Assembly: GCA_029255525.1 (NCBI GenBank)
Contig: JANLJK010000200.1
Coordinates: 67 to 64,066 of the forward strand
Direction: 5' to 3'
Source of the DNA: Pseudolabrys sp.
GTDB lineage: Bacteria > Pseudomonadota > Alphaproteobacteria > Rhizobiales > Xanthobacteraceae
DNA length: 64,000 nucleotides
How positions within the stretch are numbered: position 1 is the first letter of the stretch; each line of letters opens with the position of its first letter. Made by a program: the position numbers and the translations under genes. Positions 37,484 to 47,385 of this stretch are shown here, in pieces. The notes under the pieces are model-generated. The model had not been told where the DNA came from. It did not search any database and saw nothing but the letters and a program-made list of their open reading frames with translations.

Positions 37484-37525
37484 TGAGGTTCCTCTCTCCC
37501 GCGACGCCGGGAGAGGCCGCGAAAG

Positions 37526-38035
37526 TTACATCCGCGCCAGCTTCACATCCACCGGCGGACCGCTTTTGATAGTCTGATACACTACGCAATAGCGCTCGGT
37601 CAGCTTGAGCAATTGATCGAGAACCTCCTGGGGCGCGTCAGTATCGAGATCGAAACGCAGGCGGATCCGAGCAAAGCCGACCGGCGCGTCCTTGGCCACG
37701 CCGAGCGTGCCGCGAAAATCGAGATCGCCTTCCGCCGACACGCCAGCCGCGCGAAGGGGGATCGAGAGTGCGGTCGCCACGGCCTTCAGCGTGACGCCGG
37801 CGCAGGCCACCAGCGCTTCAAGCAACATATCGCCAGAGCACAATTCCAGCCCTGATCCGCCAGTCGCCGGATGCAGTCCCGCCTTGGCGAGTGCGAGCCC
37901 GGTTTCGAGCTTGCAGGCGATGCTGGTGTCATCGAGTGTCCCGCGCGCTTTCAAGGTGATCATCGCCGCTTGTGGATCGCTCTTGTAATGCTCCTTGATC
38001 GGTGCCTGCATGGCGCGCAATGTTTCTGCGTCCAT
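37526..38035 (-). CDS. OsmC/Ohr family protein
   Basis: LCSGDMLLEALVACAG, GDLDFRGTLG, TERYCVV. Confidence 0.88.
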   Translation of the reverse strand: MDAETLRAMQAPIKEHYKSDPQAAMITLKARGTLDDTSIACKLETGLALAKAGLHPATGGSGLELCSGDMLLEALVACAGVTLKAVATALSIPLRAAGVSAEGDLDFRGTLGVAKDAPVGFARIRLRFDLDTDAPQEVLDQLLKLTERYCVVYQTIKSGPPVDVKLARM

Positions 38036-38151
38036 TCTCTTTCCTTCCCTGATCTTTTCGTTATCGCGGATGACGCACACGAGTGCGACGGCCTAAGCCG
38101 CGCATGGATTGCGCTAGACGATTGCGCGTTAATCAAGAACTCAATTAATTG

Positions 38152-39210
38152 TTACGCTGGCGTCAGCACGCGGCGTCCGACAACCTTTCCCGCTTTCAAT
38201 TCATCGATGATCGCCTGAGCGTCTTCAAGTGGCTGGGTCTGGGTCGGCACCAAAGGCAGGCTGCGGTTGCCGACGAGCTTCACCAGTTCGGAAAGCTCCT
38301 TCAAACTGCCGGTGTAGGATCCCTGCAGCCGCATCGCGCGCATCGGAATGTATGGCAGTGGCAAGGTGATCTCGCCGCCGAACAGGCCGACCATGATCAG
38401 CGTGCCGCCTTTCACCAGGCTGTCGATGCCGAGACGGGCCGTCACCTCCGCGCCGACGAAATCGATCGCCTGCCAAACACCGCCGCCGGCCATCTGCTTA
38501 AGCTGCGCCAGCACGTCCGGCGCCTTGCCGTCAATTGCCGCCAGCGCACCGGCCTTCATCGCCGCGGCGCGTTTGACCGGATCGATGTCGACCACGATGG
38601 CGCCTTTACCCCTCATCAGCTTGAGGATGGCGATGCACATCAAACCAAGACCGCCAGCGCCAATAATGACCACCGGCTCGCGCTTGATCAGGTCGCCGAG
38701 CTTCTTCAGCGCACCATAGGCGGTGAGCCCCGAGCAGGCGAGCGGCGCCGCCTGCTCGGGCTTCATGGCCTTGCCATAGGGCAGCAAATACTTCGCGTGC
38801 GGCACCATCAGATGCGTGGCATAGCCGCCGTCGCGGTAGACGCCGAGGAAGCGCGGCGACTGGCAGAGCTGGTCCTCGCCGCGCTTACACACAGCGCAGA
38901 TGCCGCAGCCGATCCAAGGGTACACCAGCCGCTTATCGCCGACCTTGATACCGCGGGCGCGCGGCCCAACCGCGACCACCTCGCCGACATTCTCGTGGCC
39001 CATGGTGAGCGGCAGCTTCACGCCGCGCTCCTGGAGTTGCAACCTTTTGCCGCCGCCGAGCTCGTAGTAGCCTTCCCAGATGTGCAGGTCGCTGTGGCAC
39101 ACGCCGGCCGCCAGCACCTTCAGGAGCACCTCGCTGCCCGTAGGCTTCGGATTGGCCGTCTCGGCGAACTGCATCGGCTCGCCGCAGCGGCACACCTGGA
39201 AACTGCGCAT
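38152..39210 (-). CDS. Zn-dependent alcohol dehydrogenase
   Basis: GVCHSD, GHE, CGIC..C..C, ACSG, GAGGLG. Confidence 0.92.
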   Translation of the reverse strand: MRSFQVCRCGEPMQFAETANPKPTGSEVLLKVLAAGVCHSDLHIWEGYYELGGGKRLQLQERGVKLPLTMGHENVGEVVAVGPRARGIKVGDKRLVYPWIGCGICAVCKRGEDQLCQSPRFLGVYRDGGYATHLMVPHAKYLLPYGKAMKPEQAAPLACSGLTAYGALKKLGDLIKREPVVIIGAGGLGLMCIAILKLMRGKGAIVVDIDPVKRAAAMKAGALAAIDGKAPDVLAQLKQMAGGGVWQAIDFVGAEVTARLGIDSLVKGGTLIMVGLFGGEITLPLPYIPMRAMRLQGSYTGSLKELSELVKLVGNRSLPLVPTQTQPLEDAQAIIDELKAGKVVGRRVLTPA

Positions 39211-39463
39211 GGCCTTCCCTCCCCGCACTTTTTTGTGTTGGCGGCAAAGCTTACCGCGGGTTGCAGCTTTGTCACCCTGCGGCCGGGGTAAGGCAGCTTT
39301 GTCCTATCAGGGCGCGGCGGGGCCTGGCCGGCGCCATGGGCGGCGGCCGAGGAGCCGGCTAAAGGGAAAATTATTCCATTCCCAGTGAAATCCCGCCGTC
39401 CGCAAATATCTTCCCTGCAAACCGTGACTTGAACCACCGTCTCCGCTATCCACGGATCGCGCC

Positions 39464-42280
39464 ATGGCCTCCCTCGCCCTCGAACGCGACACGCAACCGC
39501 CCCTCGAGCCCATCACCAAGGGCTCGAGCGAGCTGATCGATTCCGCTGCAGTTGCTGCGGATCTGGAGAAGCTCGCCTCCGGTCATGAAGGCAGCGAGGG
39601 CGAGTTGCGGACCCTGCTGGCGCAGCGGCTCAAGGCCGCGCTGATCGCCGGCCGCGCCAAGGCCGAGCAGATGCTGCTCAAGGACCGCCACGGCCGGCGC
39701 TGCGCCGAACGGCTGTGCGAGATGCAGGACGAGATCATCCGCATCCTGTTCGAGTTCACCCGCAAGCACCTCTACCCGTCCGAGAACCCCTCCGAAGCCG
39801 AACACATGGCCGTGGTGGCCACCGGCGGCTATGGCCGCGGCTTGCTGGCACCCGGCTCCGACATCGATCTGTTATTCCTCCTGCCCTACAAGCAGACCGC
39901 CTGGGGCGAGCAGGTCGCCGAAGCGATCCTCTATTGCCTGTGGGACACCGGCCTGAAGGTCGGCCACGCCACCCGCTCGATCGACGAATGCATCCGCCAG
40001 TCCAAGGCGGACATGACCATCCGCACCGCCATCCTCGAAGCGCGCTTCCTGCTCGGCGACAAGGCGCTGTTCGACGAAATGGTGACGCGCTTCGACAACG
40101 ACGTGGTGCGCAACACCGCAACCGAATTCGTCGCCGCCAAGCTGGCCGAGCGCGAGGAGCGCCATCGCCGCGCCGGCCAGTCGCGCTATCTGGTCGAACC
40201 GAACGTGAAGGACGGCAAAGGGGGCCTGCGCGATCTCCATACCTTGTTCTGGATCGCCAAATACGTCTACCGCGTCAGCGGGACGGACGAGCTGATCCAG
40301 CGCGGCGTCTTTGACAAACCGGAATATCAGCTGTTCCGCCGCTGCGAGGACTTCCTCTGGTCGGTACGCTGCCATCTGCATTTTGTTACCGGCCGCGCCG
40401 AAGAACGGCTGTCCTTCGACATCCAGCGCGAGATCGCGCAGCGCCTCGGTTACACCGAACATCCCGGCCAGCAGGATGTCGAGCGCTTCATGAAGCACTA
40501 CTTCCTGGTCGCCAAGGATGTCGGCGACCTGACCGCCATTCTCTGCGCGGCGCTGGAAGACAGCCACGCCAAGAGCGTACCAGTGCTGAGCCGGGTGATG
40601 TCAAAGCTACGCCCGGTCAAGCGCAAGGAACTTTCGGGCACCAAGGACTTCATCGCCGAGAACAACCGCATCCTGTGCACTCGCGTCGACGTCTTCGAGC
40701 GCGACCCGGTCAATCTGATCCGCATTTTCCATCTGGCGCAGAAGCACAATCTCGCGCTGCATCCAGATGCCATGCGCGTGATCACACGCTCGCTGCACCT
40801 GATCGGCGCCGATCTGCGCGAGGACAAGGAAGCCAACAAGCTCTTCCTCGAGATACTGACGTCGAAGAACGACCCGGAGACCGTGCTGCGGCGGATGAAC
40901 GAAGCCGGCGTGCTCGGCCGCTTCGTCCCGGCCTTCGGCAAGGTCGTCGCCATGATGCAGTTCAACATGTACCACCACTATACGGTGGACGAACACCTGC
41001 TGCGCTGCATCGGCGTTCTGGCGGAAATGGAGCACGGCACCAGCGCCGACACGCCGCTCTCCAACGAGCTGTTCCACAAAATCCAGCCCGAGAATCGCGC
41101 GGTGCTCTATGTCGCGCTGTTCCTGCACGACGTCGCCAAGGGCCGCCCCGAGGATCATTCCACGGCGGGTGCGCGCCTGGCACGGCGCCTCTGCCCGCGG
41201 CTTGGCCTCACCGCCGCCCAGACAGAGACGGTCGCCTGGCTCATCGAATTCCATCTCGTGATGTCGAGCGTCGCGCAATCGCGCGACCTCTCCGACCGTA
41301 AGACCATCGAGAACTTCGCCGCTGTCGTGCAGTCGGCCGAACAATTGAAGCTGTTGACCATCCTCACCACCGCCGACATCAAAGCGGTCGGACCGGGCGT
41401 GTGGAACGGTTGGAAGGCGCAGCTCATCCGCACGCTTTATTACGAGACCGAGCCGGTGCTCACCGGCGGCTTCTCGGAGGTCAATCGTGCCCAGCGCGTC
41501 GCCATGGCGCAGGCCGAGTTCCGCGCGGCGATGACGGATTGGCGACCGCAGATGCTGGAAGCCTACATTGCCAAGCAGTACCCGGCTTACTGGCTGAAGG
41601 TCGACCTGCCACACAAGATCGAGCACGCGAATTTCGTGCGCGCCACCGAGCAGGCGGCCAAGACTTTGGCCACCATGACCGGCTTCGACACCAAGCGCGG
41701 CGTGACCGAGCTGACCGTTCTGGCGCCCGACCACCCCTGGCTGTTGTCGATCATCGCCGGCGCCTGTGCCATGGCCGGCGCCAACATCGTCGACGCACAA
41801 ATCTACACCACCACCGACGGCCGCGCGCTCGACACCATCTCGCTGTCGCGTGAGTTCGAACGCGACGAGGACGAGCAGCGCCGCGCCAACCGCATCGCCG
41901 ACTCGATCGAAAAAGCCTTGCGCGGCGAATTGCGGCTGCCGGATATGGTGAGCAAGAAGGCAACCAAGGGCCGCATCCGGGCCTTCGCGCTGGAGCCCTC
42001 GGTCACGGTCAACAACCAGTGGTCCCACCGCTACACCATGGTGGAGGTCACCGGGCTCGACCGCACCGGCTTGCTTTATGAGCTGACCGCGACGCTGTCG
42101 AAGCTCAATCTCAACATCGGCTCCGCCCACGTCGCCACCTTCGGCGAGCGCGTGGTCGACGTATTCTATGTCACCGACCTGATGGGCGCGCAGATCACCT
42201 CGCCGACCCGCCAGGCGGCGATCAAGCGCGCACTCATCGCGGTTTTCGCCGCGGCCGAGCCCGACCGCAAGCCGGCGTAG
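39464..42280 (+). CDS. glnD: [Protein-PII] uridylyltransferase / uridylyl-removing enzyme
   Basis: GGYGRG.LAPGSDIDLL, EPNVKDGKGGLRD, HHYTVDEH, LHDVAKG, two C-terminal ACT domains. Confidence 0.98.
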   Translation: MASLALERDTQPPLEPITKGSSELIDSAAVAADLEKLASGHEGSEGELRTLLAQRLKAALIAGRAKAEQMLLKDRHGRRCAERLCEMQDEIIRILFEFTRKHLYPSENPSEAEHMAVVATGGYGRGLLAPGSDIDLLFLLPYKQTAWGEQVAEAILYCLWDTGLKVGHATRSIDECIRQSKADMTIRTAILEARFLLGDKALFDEMVTRFDNDVVRNTATEFVAAKLAEREERHRRAGQSRYLVEPNVKDGKGGLRDLHTLFWIAKYVYRVSGTDELIQRGVFDKPEYQLFRRCEDFLWSVRCHLHFVTGRAEERLSFDIQREIAQRLGYTEHPGQQDVERFMKHYFLVAKDVGDLTAILCAALEDSHAKSVPVLSRVMSKLRPVKRKELSGTKDFIAENNRILCTRVDVFERDPVNLIRIFHLAQKHNLALHPDAMRVITRSLHLIGADLREDKEANKLFLEILTSKNDPETVLRRMNEAGVLGRFVPAFGKVVAMMQFNMYHHYTVDEHLLRCIGVLAEMEHGTSADTPLSNELFHKIQPENRAVLYVALFLHDVAKGRPEDHSTAGARLARRLCPRLGLTAAQTETVAWLIEFHLVMSSVAQSRDLSDRKTIENFAAVVQSAEQLKLLTILTTADIKAVGPGVWNGWKAQLIRTLYYETEPVLTGGFSEVNRAQRVAMAQAEFRAAMTDWRPQMLEAYIAKQYPAYWLKVDLPHKIEHANFVRATEQAAKTLATMTGFDTKRGVTELTVLAPDHPWLLSIIAGACAMAGANIVDAQIYTTTDGRALDTISLSREFERDEDEQRRANRIADSIEKALRGELRLPDMVSKKATKGRIRAFALEPSVTVNNQWSHRYTMVEVTGLDRTGLLYELTATLSKLNLNIGSAHVATFGERVVDVFYVTDLMGAQITSPTRQAAIKRALIAVFAAAEPDRKPA

Positions 42281-42334
42281 CTCCTGCCCCGCGTGGCCGC
42301 CGTCCGGCAAGAGCAACTCTTGCAACCGGCTTCT

Positions 42335-42348
42335 TTGAGCGAATTCAA
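42335..42348. promoter_or_regulatory. FixK/FNR-type box upstream of the VIT1 gene
   Basis: TTGA-GCGAAT-TCAA. Confidence 0.55.
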
Positions 42349-42466
42349 CGCCTCTCCGCTGCCATTCTCGACTTGGCGCAAAACGCGTAGCGGACTCGGC
42401 TCGATGCCGTTAAATTGCTTTCGGCTTCTTCGGCCAAGCGACTCTGATTTGGACACCACACATCGA

Positions 42467-43162
42467 ATGAGCCGCCTTTACTCGGAAAATCACCTCGTCA
42501 ACCGCATCGGCTGGTTACGCGCGGCGGTGCTCGGGGCCAATGATGGTATTGTCTCGACGGCAAGCTTGATCGTCGGCGTCGCCTCGGCAACCACGACACA
42601 AAACGATGTCTTGATCGCCGGCATTGCCGGACTTGTGGCCGGCGCCATGTCGATGGCCGCCGGTGAATATGTCTCCGTCAGCTCGCAAGCCGATACGGAG
42701 CACGCCGATCTGGCGCGCGAACGCAAGGAATTAAGCGAAAACCCGGCGTTTGAGCGCGATGAACTTGCCGGCATCTACATCAAGCGCGGTGTCGATCCAG
42801 CGCTCGCGCATCAAGTCGCCGAACAACTGATGGCGAAGGATGCCTTGGGCGCGCATGCGCGCGATGAACTTGGGATTTCAGCCGCAACGACGGCGCGCCC
42901 GGTCCAAGCCGCACTGACGTCGGCCGCCACATTTTCCGTCGGCGCGGCCATGCCCTTGCTGATGGTGGTTGTATCGCCGGCCGGCGCGCTCGTGCCCCTC
43001 GTGTCCGTGGCATCCTTAGGTTTTCTCGCGCTCCTGGGGGCGATCGGTGCCAAAGCAGGCGGTGCAACTATCCTGAGAGCCACAGTCCGCGTAACATTCT
43101 GGGGCGCGTTGGCGATGGCCCTCACCGCCGGTATCGGAAAGATATTCGGGACGATTGTTTGA
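42467..43162 (+). CDS. VIT1/CCC1 family Fe/Mn transporter
   Basis: LRAAVLGANDGIVS, GAMSMAAGEYVSVSSQ, HARDELG. Confidence 0.92.
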   Translation: MSRLYSENHLVNRIGWLRAAVLGANDGIVSTASLIVGVASATTTQNDVLIAGIAGLVAGAMSMAAGEYVSVSSQADTEHADLARERKELSENPAFERDELAGIYIKRGVDPALAHQVAEQLMAKDALGAHARDELGISAATTARPVQAALTSAATFSVGAAMPLLMVVVSPAGALVPLVSVASLGFLALLGAIGAKAGGATILRATVRVTFWGALAMALTAGIGKIFGTIV

Positions 43163-43281
43163 GAGGCGCGGGCCGCGTGACACGGTAACGGCCCCTCACC
43201 ACGGCGACGATCACTTTCCGCCCGCCGTGGTGCTTTCAGGAAATATCCAGACAGGCGCACACTAAGCCGCGGCAAGAATTC

Positions 43282-44874
43282 TCACGCTTCGCCTTCAAGC
43301 GCCCGTTTCAGCCTCCGGATGATCACGCCGCGTGACCGGTCATCGGCCGCGGCCTCGATCGCGGCATTGATGCCGAGGATCAGCTTGGACATGTCATTGT
43401 GCCAGTCGAGCGCGACCACCGCTTCCGGCGCGAGACGTCGGCGATGCGCGCCGTCAATCGGCGTCGGTGCCGCCGTGGTCAATTCGTAGACGTCATCGAG
43501 GACCGGCACGAATATCTGCGCCGCACGCACCGAGCGCTCGGCGATGCGTTTGGACAAGCCCTCGAGCTCCGGCTCTTCACCATGGGTCAGGAACACACCG
43601 CGTTTGATCGGCCGCCGTGCCGCGATCCAACGCGCCAGCTCCGGACCATCGGCGTGGCCGGAATAGTCGTCCATGCGGTGAATGCGCGCCGCGACCTTGA
43701 TCTCCTCACCCTGAATGCGCACCGCTTTCGCACCCTCGTCGAGAAAGCGCCCGAGCGTACCCTGCGCCTGATAGCCGGTGAGCAGCACCGTGGCCTCACG
43801 CCGCCACAGCCAGCGCTTGAGATGATGGCGGATGCGGCCAGCGTCACACATGCCGCTCGCCGCGATGATGATATGGAAGCCGGCGAGCCGCATGATCGCC
43901 TTGCTCTCGTCGACGGTCTCGGTACAGCGCAGATGCGGCGACGACAGCAAGCGGCCGACATCGGGTCCCATGTCCGCGGCATGTTGCCGGAACACTTCGG
44001 TGGCACGGATCGCCAAGGGTGAATCGAGGAACAGGGGCGCCGCCGGGATCACGCCACGGTCCATCAAGTCGACGAGATCGACGATCAGTTCCTGGGTGCG
44101 CTCGACCGCGAAGGCCGGGATGAGCAGGGCGCCGCCAGCCTTTTGTGCATCACGCACTTCTTCCGCCAGCCGCGCGCGCCGGCTTTCGTTCGTCACCGGC
44201 GGACGGTCGCGATCACCATAAGTCGATTCGCAGATGACATAATCCAGGTCGCTTGGGGCCTCAGGATCGGGCTGCAACAACTTGGCATCGGGGCCGAGAT
44301 CGCCCGACAGCAGCACGCGCAAAGGCGCACCGGCTTTGCCCGCACCGGCAAATTCGATCTCGATCGAGGCCGAGCCGAGCAGATGGCCGGCATTCCAATA
44401 GCGTGCCCGCACGCTGTCCATCACCGGCGTCCACGCTTCGTATTCGACGGACCGGAACGCGGTGAGCGCCGCGACCGCGTCGGCCTGGGTATAGATCGGC
44501 GTCACCTCGGCGCGGCCGCGCGCGGCACTGCGACGGTTCAAGCTAGCGACTTCCGATTCCTGGATGCTGCCCGAGTCGGGCAGCATGTAGGAACACAGAT
44601 CGATGGTGCCGCGCGTCGCCCAGATCGGACCGGAAAAGCCGGCTCGGACAAGCTTCGGCAGCAGGCCGCTGTGGTCGATATGCGCATGCGTCAGCAGCAC
44701 AGCATCGATATCGGACGGACGAAACGGGAAAGCACCGTAGTTCAGCGCTTTCAGCGTCTTCGGCCCCTGGAACATGCCGCAATCGACCAGCAGGCGGCCG
44801 GCAGGCGTCTCGAACAGATAGCACGAGCCGGTGACCGTGCGGGACGCGCCGCAGAACCGCAGCTTGACACTCAT
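43282..44874 (-). CDS. Metallo-beta-lactamase beta-CASP family nuclease
   Basis: VTGSCY, DCGMFQG, THAHIDHSG, AGHLLGS, ESTYG, SGMCDAGRI, SGHAD. Confidence 0.92.
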   Translation of the reverse strand: MSVKLRFCGASRTVTGSCYLFETPAGRLLVDCGMFQGPKTLKALNYGAFPFRPSDIDAVLLTHAHIDHSGLLPKLVRAGFSGPIWATRGTIDLCSYMLPDSGSIQESEVASLNRRSAARGRAEVTPIYTQADAVAALTAFRSVEYEAWTPVMDSVRARYWNAGHLLGSASIEIEFAGAGKAGAPLRVLLSGDLGPDAKLLQPDPEAPSDLDYVICESTYGDRDRPPVTNESRRARLAEEVRDAQKAGGALLIPAFAVERTQELIVDLVDLMDRGVIPAAPLFLDSPLAIRATEVFRQHAADMGPDVGRLLSSPHLRCTETVDESKAIMRLAGFHIIIAASGMCDAGRIRHHLKRWLWRREATVLLTGYQAQGTLGRFLDEGAKAVRIQGEEIKVAARIHRMDDYSGHADGPELARWIAARRPIKRGVFLTHGEEPELEGLSKRIAERSVRAAQIFVPVLDDVYELTTAAPTPIDGAHRRRLAPEAVVALDWHNDMSKLILGINAAIEAAADDRSRGVIIRRLKRALEGEA

Positions 44875-45761
44875 GCCTTCAACTCCTTACGCAGCGCGGC
44901 TGCGAGAACATCGTCGAGCGCGATGGCATTGCTCGGATGCGGCACGCTCGTGGTCGAGCGCACCGAACGAATGCCGGCGCGCTGGAAGTCCTCCAACATC
45001 GCCGGCGGAAACAGCGCGTGGGTGACAACGGCGTCGACCGATGCCGCGCCAGCCTTCAGCAGCGCCTGCGCGCACACCATGAGCGTGCCACCCGACGACA
45101 CGATGTCGTCGACCAGAAGAACAGGCCGGTCCTTGAACAACTCCGGCGCGGCGAATTGGATTTGCACCGAGCGGTCGCCGGCGCGCGTCTTGTGGCCGAC
45201 CGCATGGGCAAGACCGAGACGCCCGGCGAGATCGCTCACCCAGGGTGTGGATTCCTCGTCCGGCCCGACCACGACCGTCGTCTTATCGGCGCCGCGCAAT
45301 GCGCCGGCGATGGCCGGCATGGCGGAGAGATCCTCCGCCTCGGTTCCGGGAAACACCGCGCGGATATCGTGGGTACGATGCAGATGGGCATCGACCGTGA
45401 CGATGCGATCCACCGTATCACCCAGCAATCGGCCCATGGCCTTCTGGCTGATCGCCTCGCCGGCATGGAACGCCGTGTCCTGCCGCATGTAGCAGAGATA
45501 AGGCGCGACCAGCACCAGCCGCTTGGCACCGCCCCGCCGCAAGGCTTCCGCGACGAACAGCAGGGCCACCAACTTCTCATTCGGCGCGTCGAGCGGGATG
45601 TACAAGACCGTCGTCGCAGCCGCCGGACCGACGGTCACCTTCAATTCGCCGTCGGGGAAGCGATGGATGTCGATCACATGCATCGGCACGCCGAGCTTCG
45701 CGGCGAGCCGGCTTGCATCCGCCGCGCCTTCGGGCAGACTTTGCAGCACGACCGCGGTCAC
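44871..45761 (-). CDS. prs: Ribose-phosphate diphosphokinase-like protein (short PRPP synthase)
   Basis: [37 protein letters not shown]; 4-nt overlaps with both neighbours. Confidence 0.88.
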   Translation of the reverse strand: MTAVVLQSLPEGAADASRLAAKLGVPMHVIDIHRFPDGELKVTVGPAAATTVLYIPLDAPNEKLVALLFVAEALRRGGAKRLVLVAPYLCYMRQDTAFHAGEAISQKAMGRLLGDTVDRIVTVDAHLHRTHDIRAVFPGTEAEDLSAMPAIAGALRGADKTTVVVGPDEESTPWVSDLAGRLGLAHAVGHKTRAGDRSVQIQFAAPELFKDRPVLLVDDIVSSGGTLMVCAQALLKAGAASVDAVVTHALFPPAMLEDFQRAGIRSVRSTTSVPHPSNAIALDDVLAAALRKELKA

Positions 45762-47287
45762 GCGTCTTGCTCGCCGTTGTTGCGCGCCCCGACCGCGTAA
45801 CCGGCGTCCTGCTTGGCCGCCGCGCGTGACAGATCGAATTCCGCGACGTCGACCGCATGGATACGATACAACGGCTCGCCCTTCTCGACCCGGTCGCCGA
45901 TCTTCTTGAACAACCTGATGCCGGCGCCCTTGTCGATCGGCGCGCCGGCGGTGCGCGCCAGGCGGTTGAGCCGCAGGCAGTCGATGGCCTGCACGACGCC
46001 GTCGCTCTCGGCCGCGATATCGACGGTGAGCGCGCCGATATCGGTGCGGCAGCCGCTCGGGCCCTGCGCATCGATGATCTTGTGCATCTGCTTGAGCGCG
46101 GCGCCACTCTCGAGCAATTCGCGGGCACGCGCATAGCCTTTGCCGCCGCGTAATTCGGGATCGTAGTCCAGGAGATGCGCGGCGAGCCGCAGCGACTTCT
46201 CGCGCAAGTCCTTCGGTGCACTGGGATCGTTCGACAGCACCGCCATCACATCCTGCGCTTCCAGCACCGGGCCGATGCCGTTGCCGATAGGCTGGCGTCC
46301 GTCGGTTGTGATCACCTCGACGGCGATTCCGAAATGGTCGCCGACAAACTCAAAAACCTTTCGCAACCGCAGGGCGTCCATCGCGGTCGCGAGTTTGGCG
46401 GAAGGGCCGACCGGCAAGTCGATAAATCGATGGGTCGAGCCGGCGGCAAGCTACTACGACATGAGCGCGGCGACCATCTGCTCGCGCGTATCGAGCGCGA
46501 GCGGCCGCTCGACCGAGATCAGGATATCGTCGGCAGGCGACAGGTTCACGTGCCCGCCCCAGACGAGGCAGCCGTGGCAGGCATTCACCACCTCGCGCAT
46601 CTCGTCGACGCCGAGGTCGACGCGCGCCAACACTTCCATCGTGTCGGCGGTGCCGGCCGGCGAGGTGATCGCGCGTGAGGACGTCTTCGGAATGGTCAGG
46701 CCATGCGCCGCGACGATCGGCACCACCACCATCGACGTGCGGTTGCCGGGAATGCCGCCGATGCAATGCTTGTCGACGACGATCGGCCGGTCCCATTTGA
46801 GCTGAGTGCCGGCGTCCGCCATGGCGCGCGACAACGCCAGCAATTCGCCGCTGGTCATGAAGCTCGCCGACGAGATCAGAAAGGCGGCGATTTCCATGTC
46901 GGAGTAGCGATAATGCGAGATGTCGTCGATGATGGCGCTGATCTCGCCCGGTTGCAGCGAGTGGCCCTGGATCTTGGCGCGCACGTAATCGAGGCTTTCG
47001 GGCGCGGTCGTCGGCTTGACCGACGCCAAGCTACCGACCGGCTGGCCGAAGCGGCGGAAGGCGGGCTCCGACAGGCCGAGCTCGTCGGTGCCGACGATGC
47101 CATCATCGGTGATCAGCAGCGTGGCCAGCAGTTCCCGACCGCCGGCGCGCAACTCGACGCGGCTGAAGCCACGGAAGACGTCCGGCCGGAACGCCTGCGA
47201 ACGACGGGAGATCACGACCACGTTCTCGCGGCCGGTATCGAGATTGATGCGCCTGATTTTCAGGCGCGGGGGCGAATTGTTGTCCAT
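45758..47287 (-). pseudogene. Thymidine/AMP (NMP) phosphorylase family gene interrupted by two in-frame TAG codons (46451-46456)
   Basis: ORFs 46454-47287 and 45758-46417 share a frame; [29 protein letters not shown]; junction reads [15 protein letters not shown]; about 509 codons overall. Confidence 0.85.
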
Positions 47288-47317
47288 TCCGCAGGTCCAT
47301 AGCCGAACTTGCGGAAC

Positions 47318-47359
47318 AGCATATTAACACCGGATGCCTTGGGGCTTGATCCAGGTCAT
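47318..47359 (-). promoter_or_regulatory. Candidate class II FixK/FNR-dependent promoter of the phosphorylase operon
   Basis: TTGATCCAGGTCAT (47346-47359) and -10 TATGCT (47323-47318), giving about -41.5 spacing. Confidence 0.55.
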
Positions 47360-47385
47360 GCCCCCCGGGCAGGGTCGTGGCGCGC

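Noticed and set aside
39428-39452. RpoH-like promoter (CTTGAA...GCTATC) before glnD
   Set aside because: Spacer of 11 nt is too short for the alphaproteobacterial RpoH consensus
45758-46417. Independent 219 aa gene
   Set aside because: In-frame C-terminal half of the phosphorylase; TTG start lies within a conserved motif and has no SD
46451-46456. Genome-wide TAG reassignment or pyrrolysine at the double amber
   Set aside because: TAG ends conserved genes here at expected positions (mutS, glnD, regA, vanA); no pyl genes in the window
46420-46475. Diversity-generating retroelement target
   Set aside because: No reverse transcriptase or template repeat seen; substitutions are not confined to adenines of one strand
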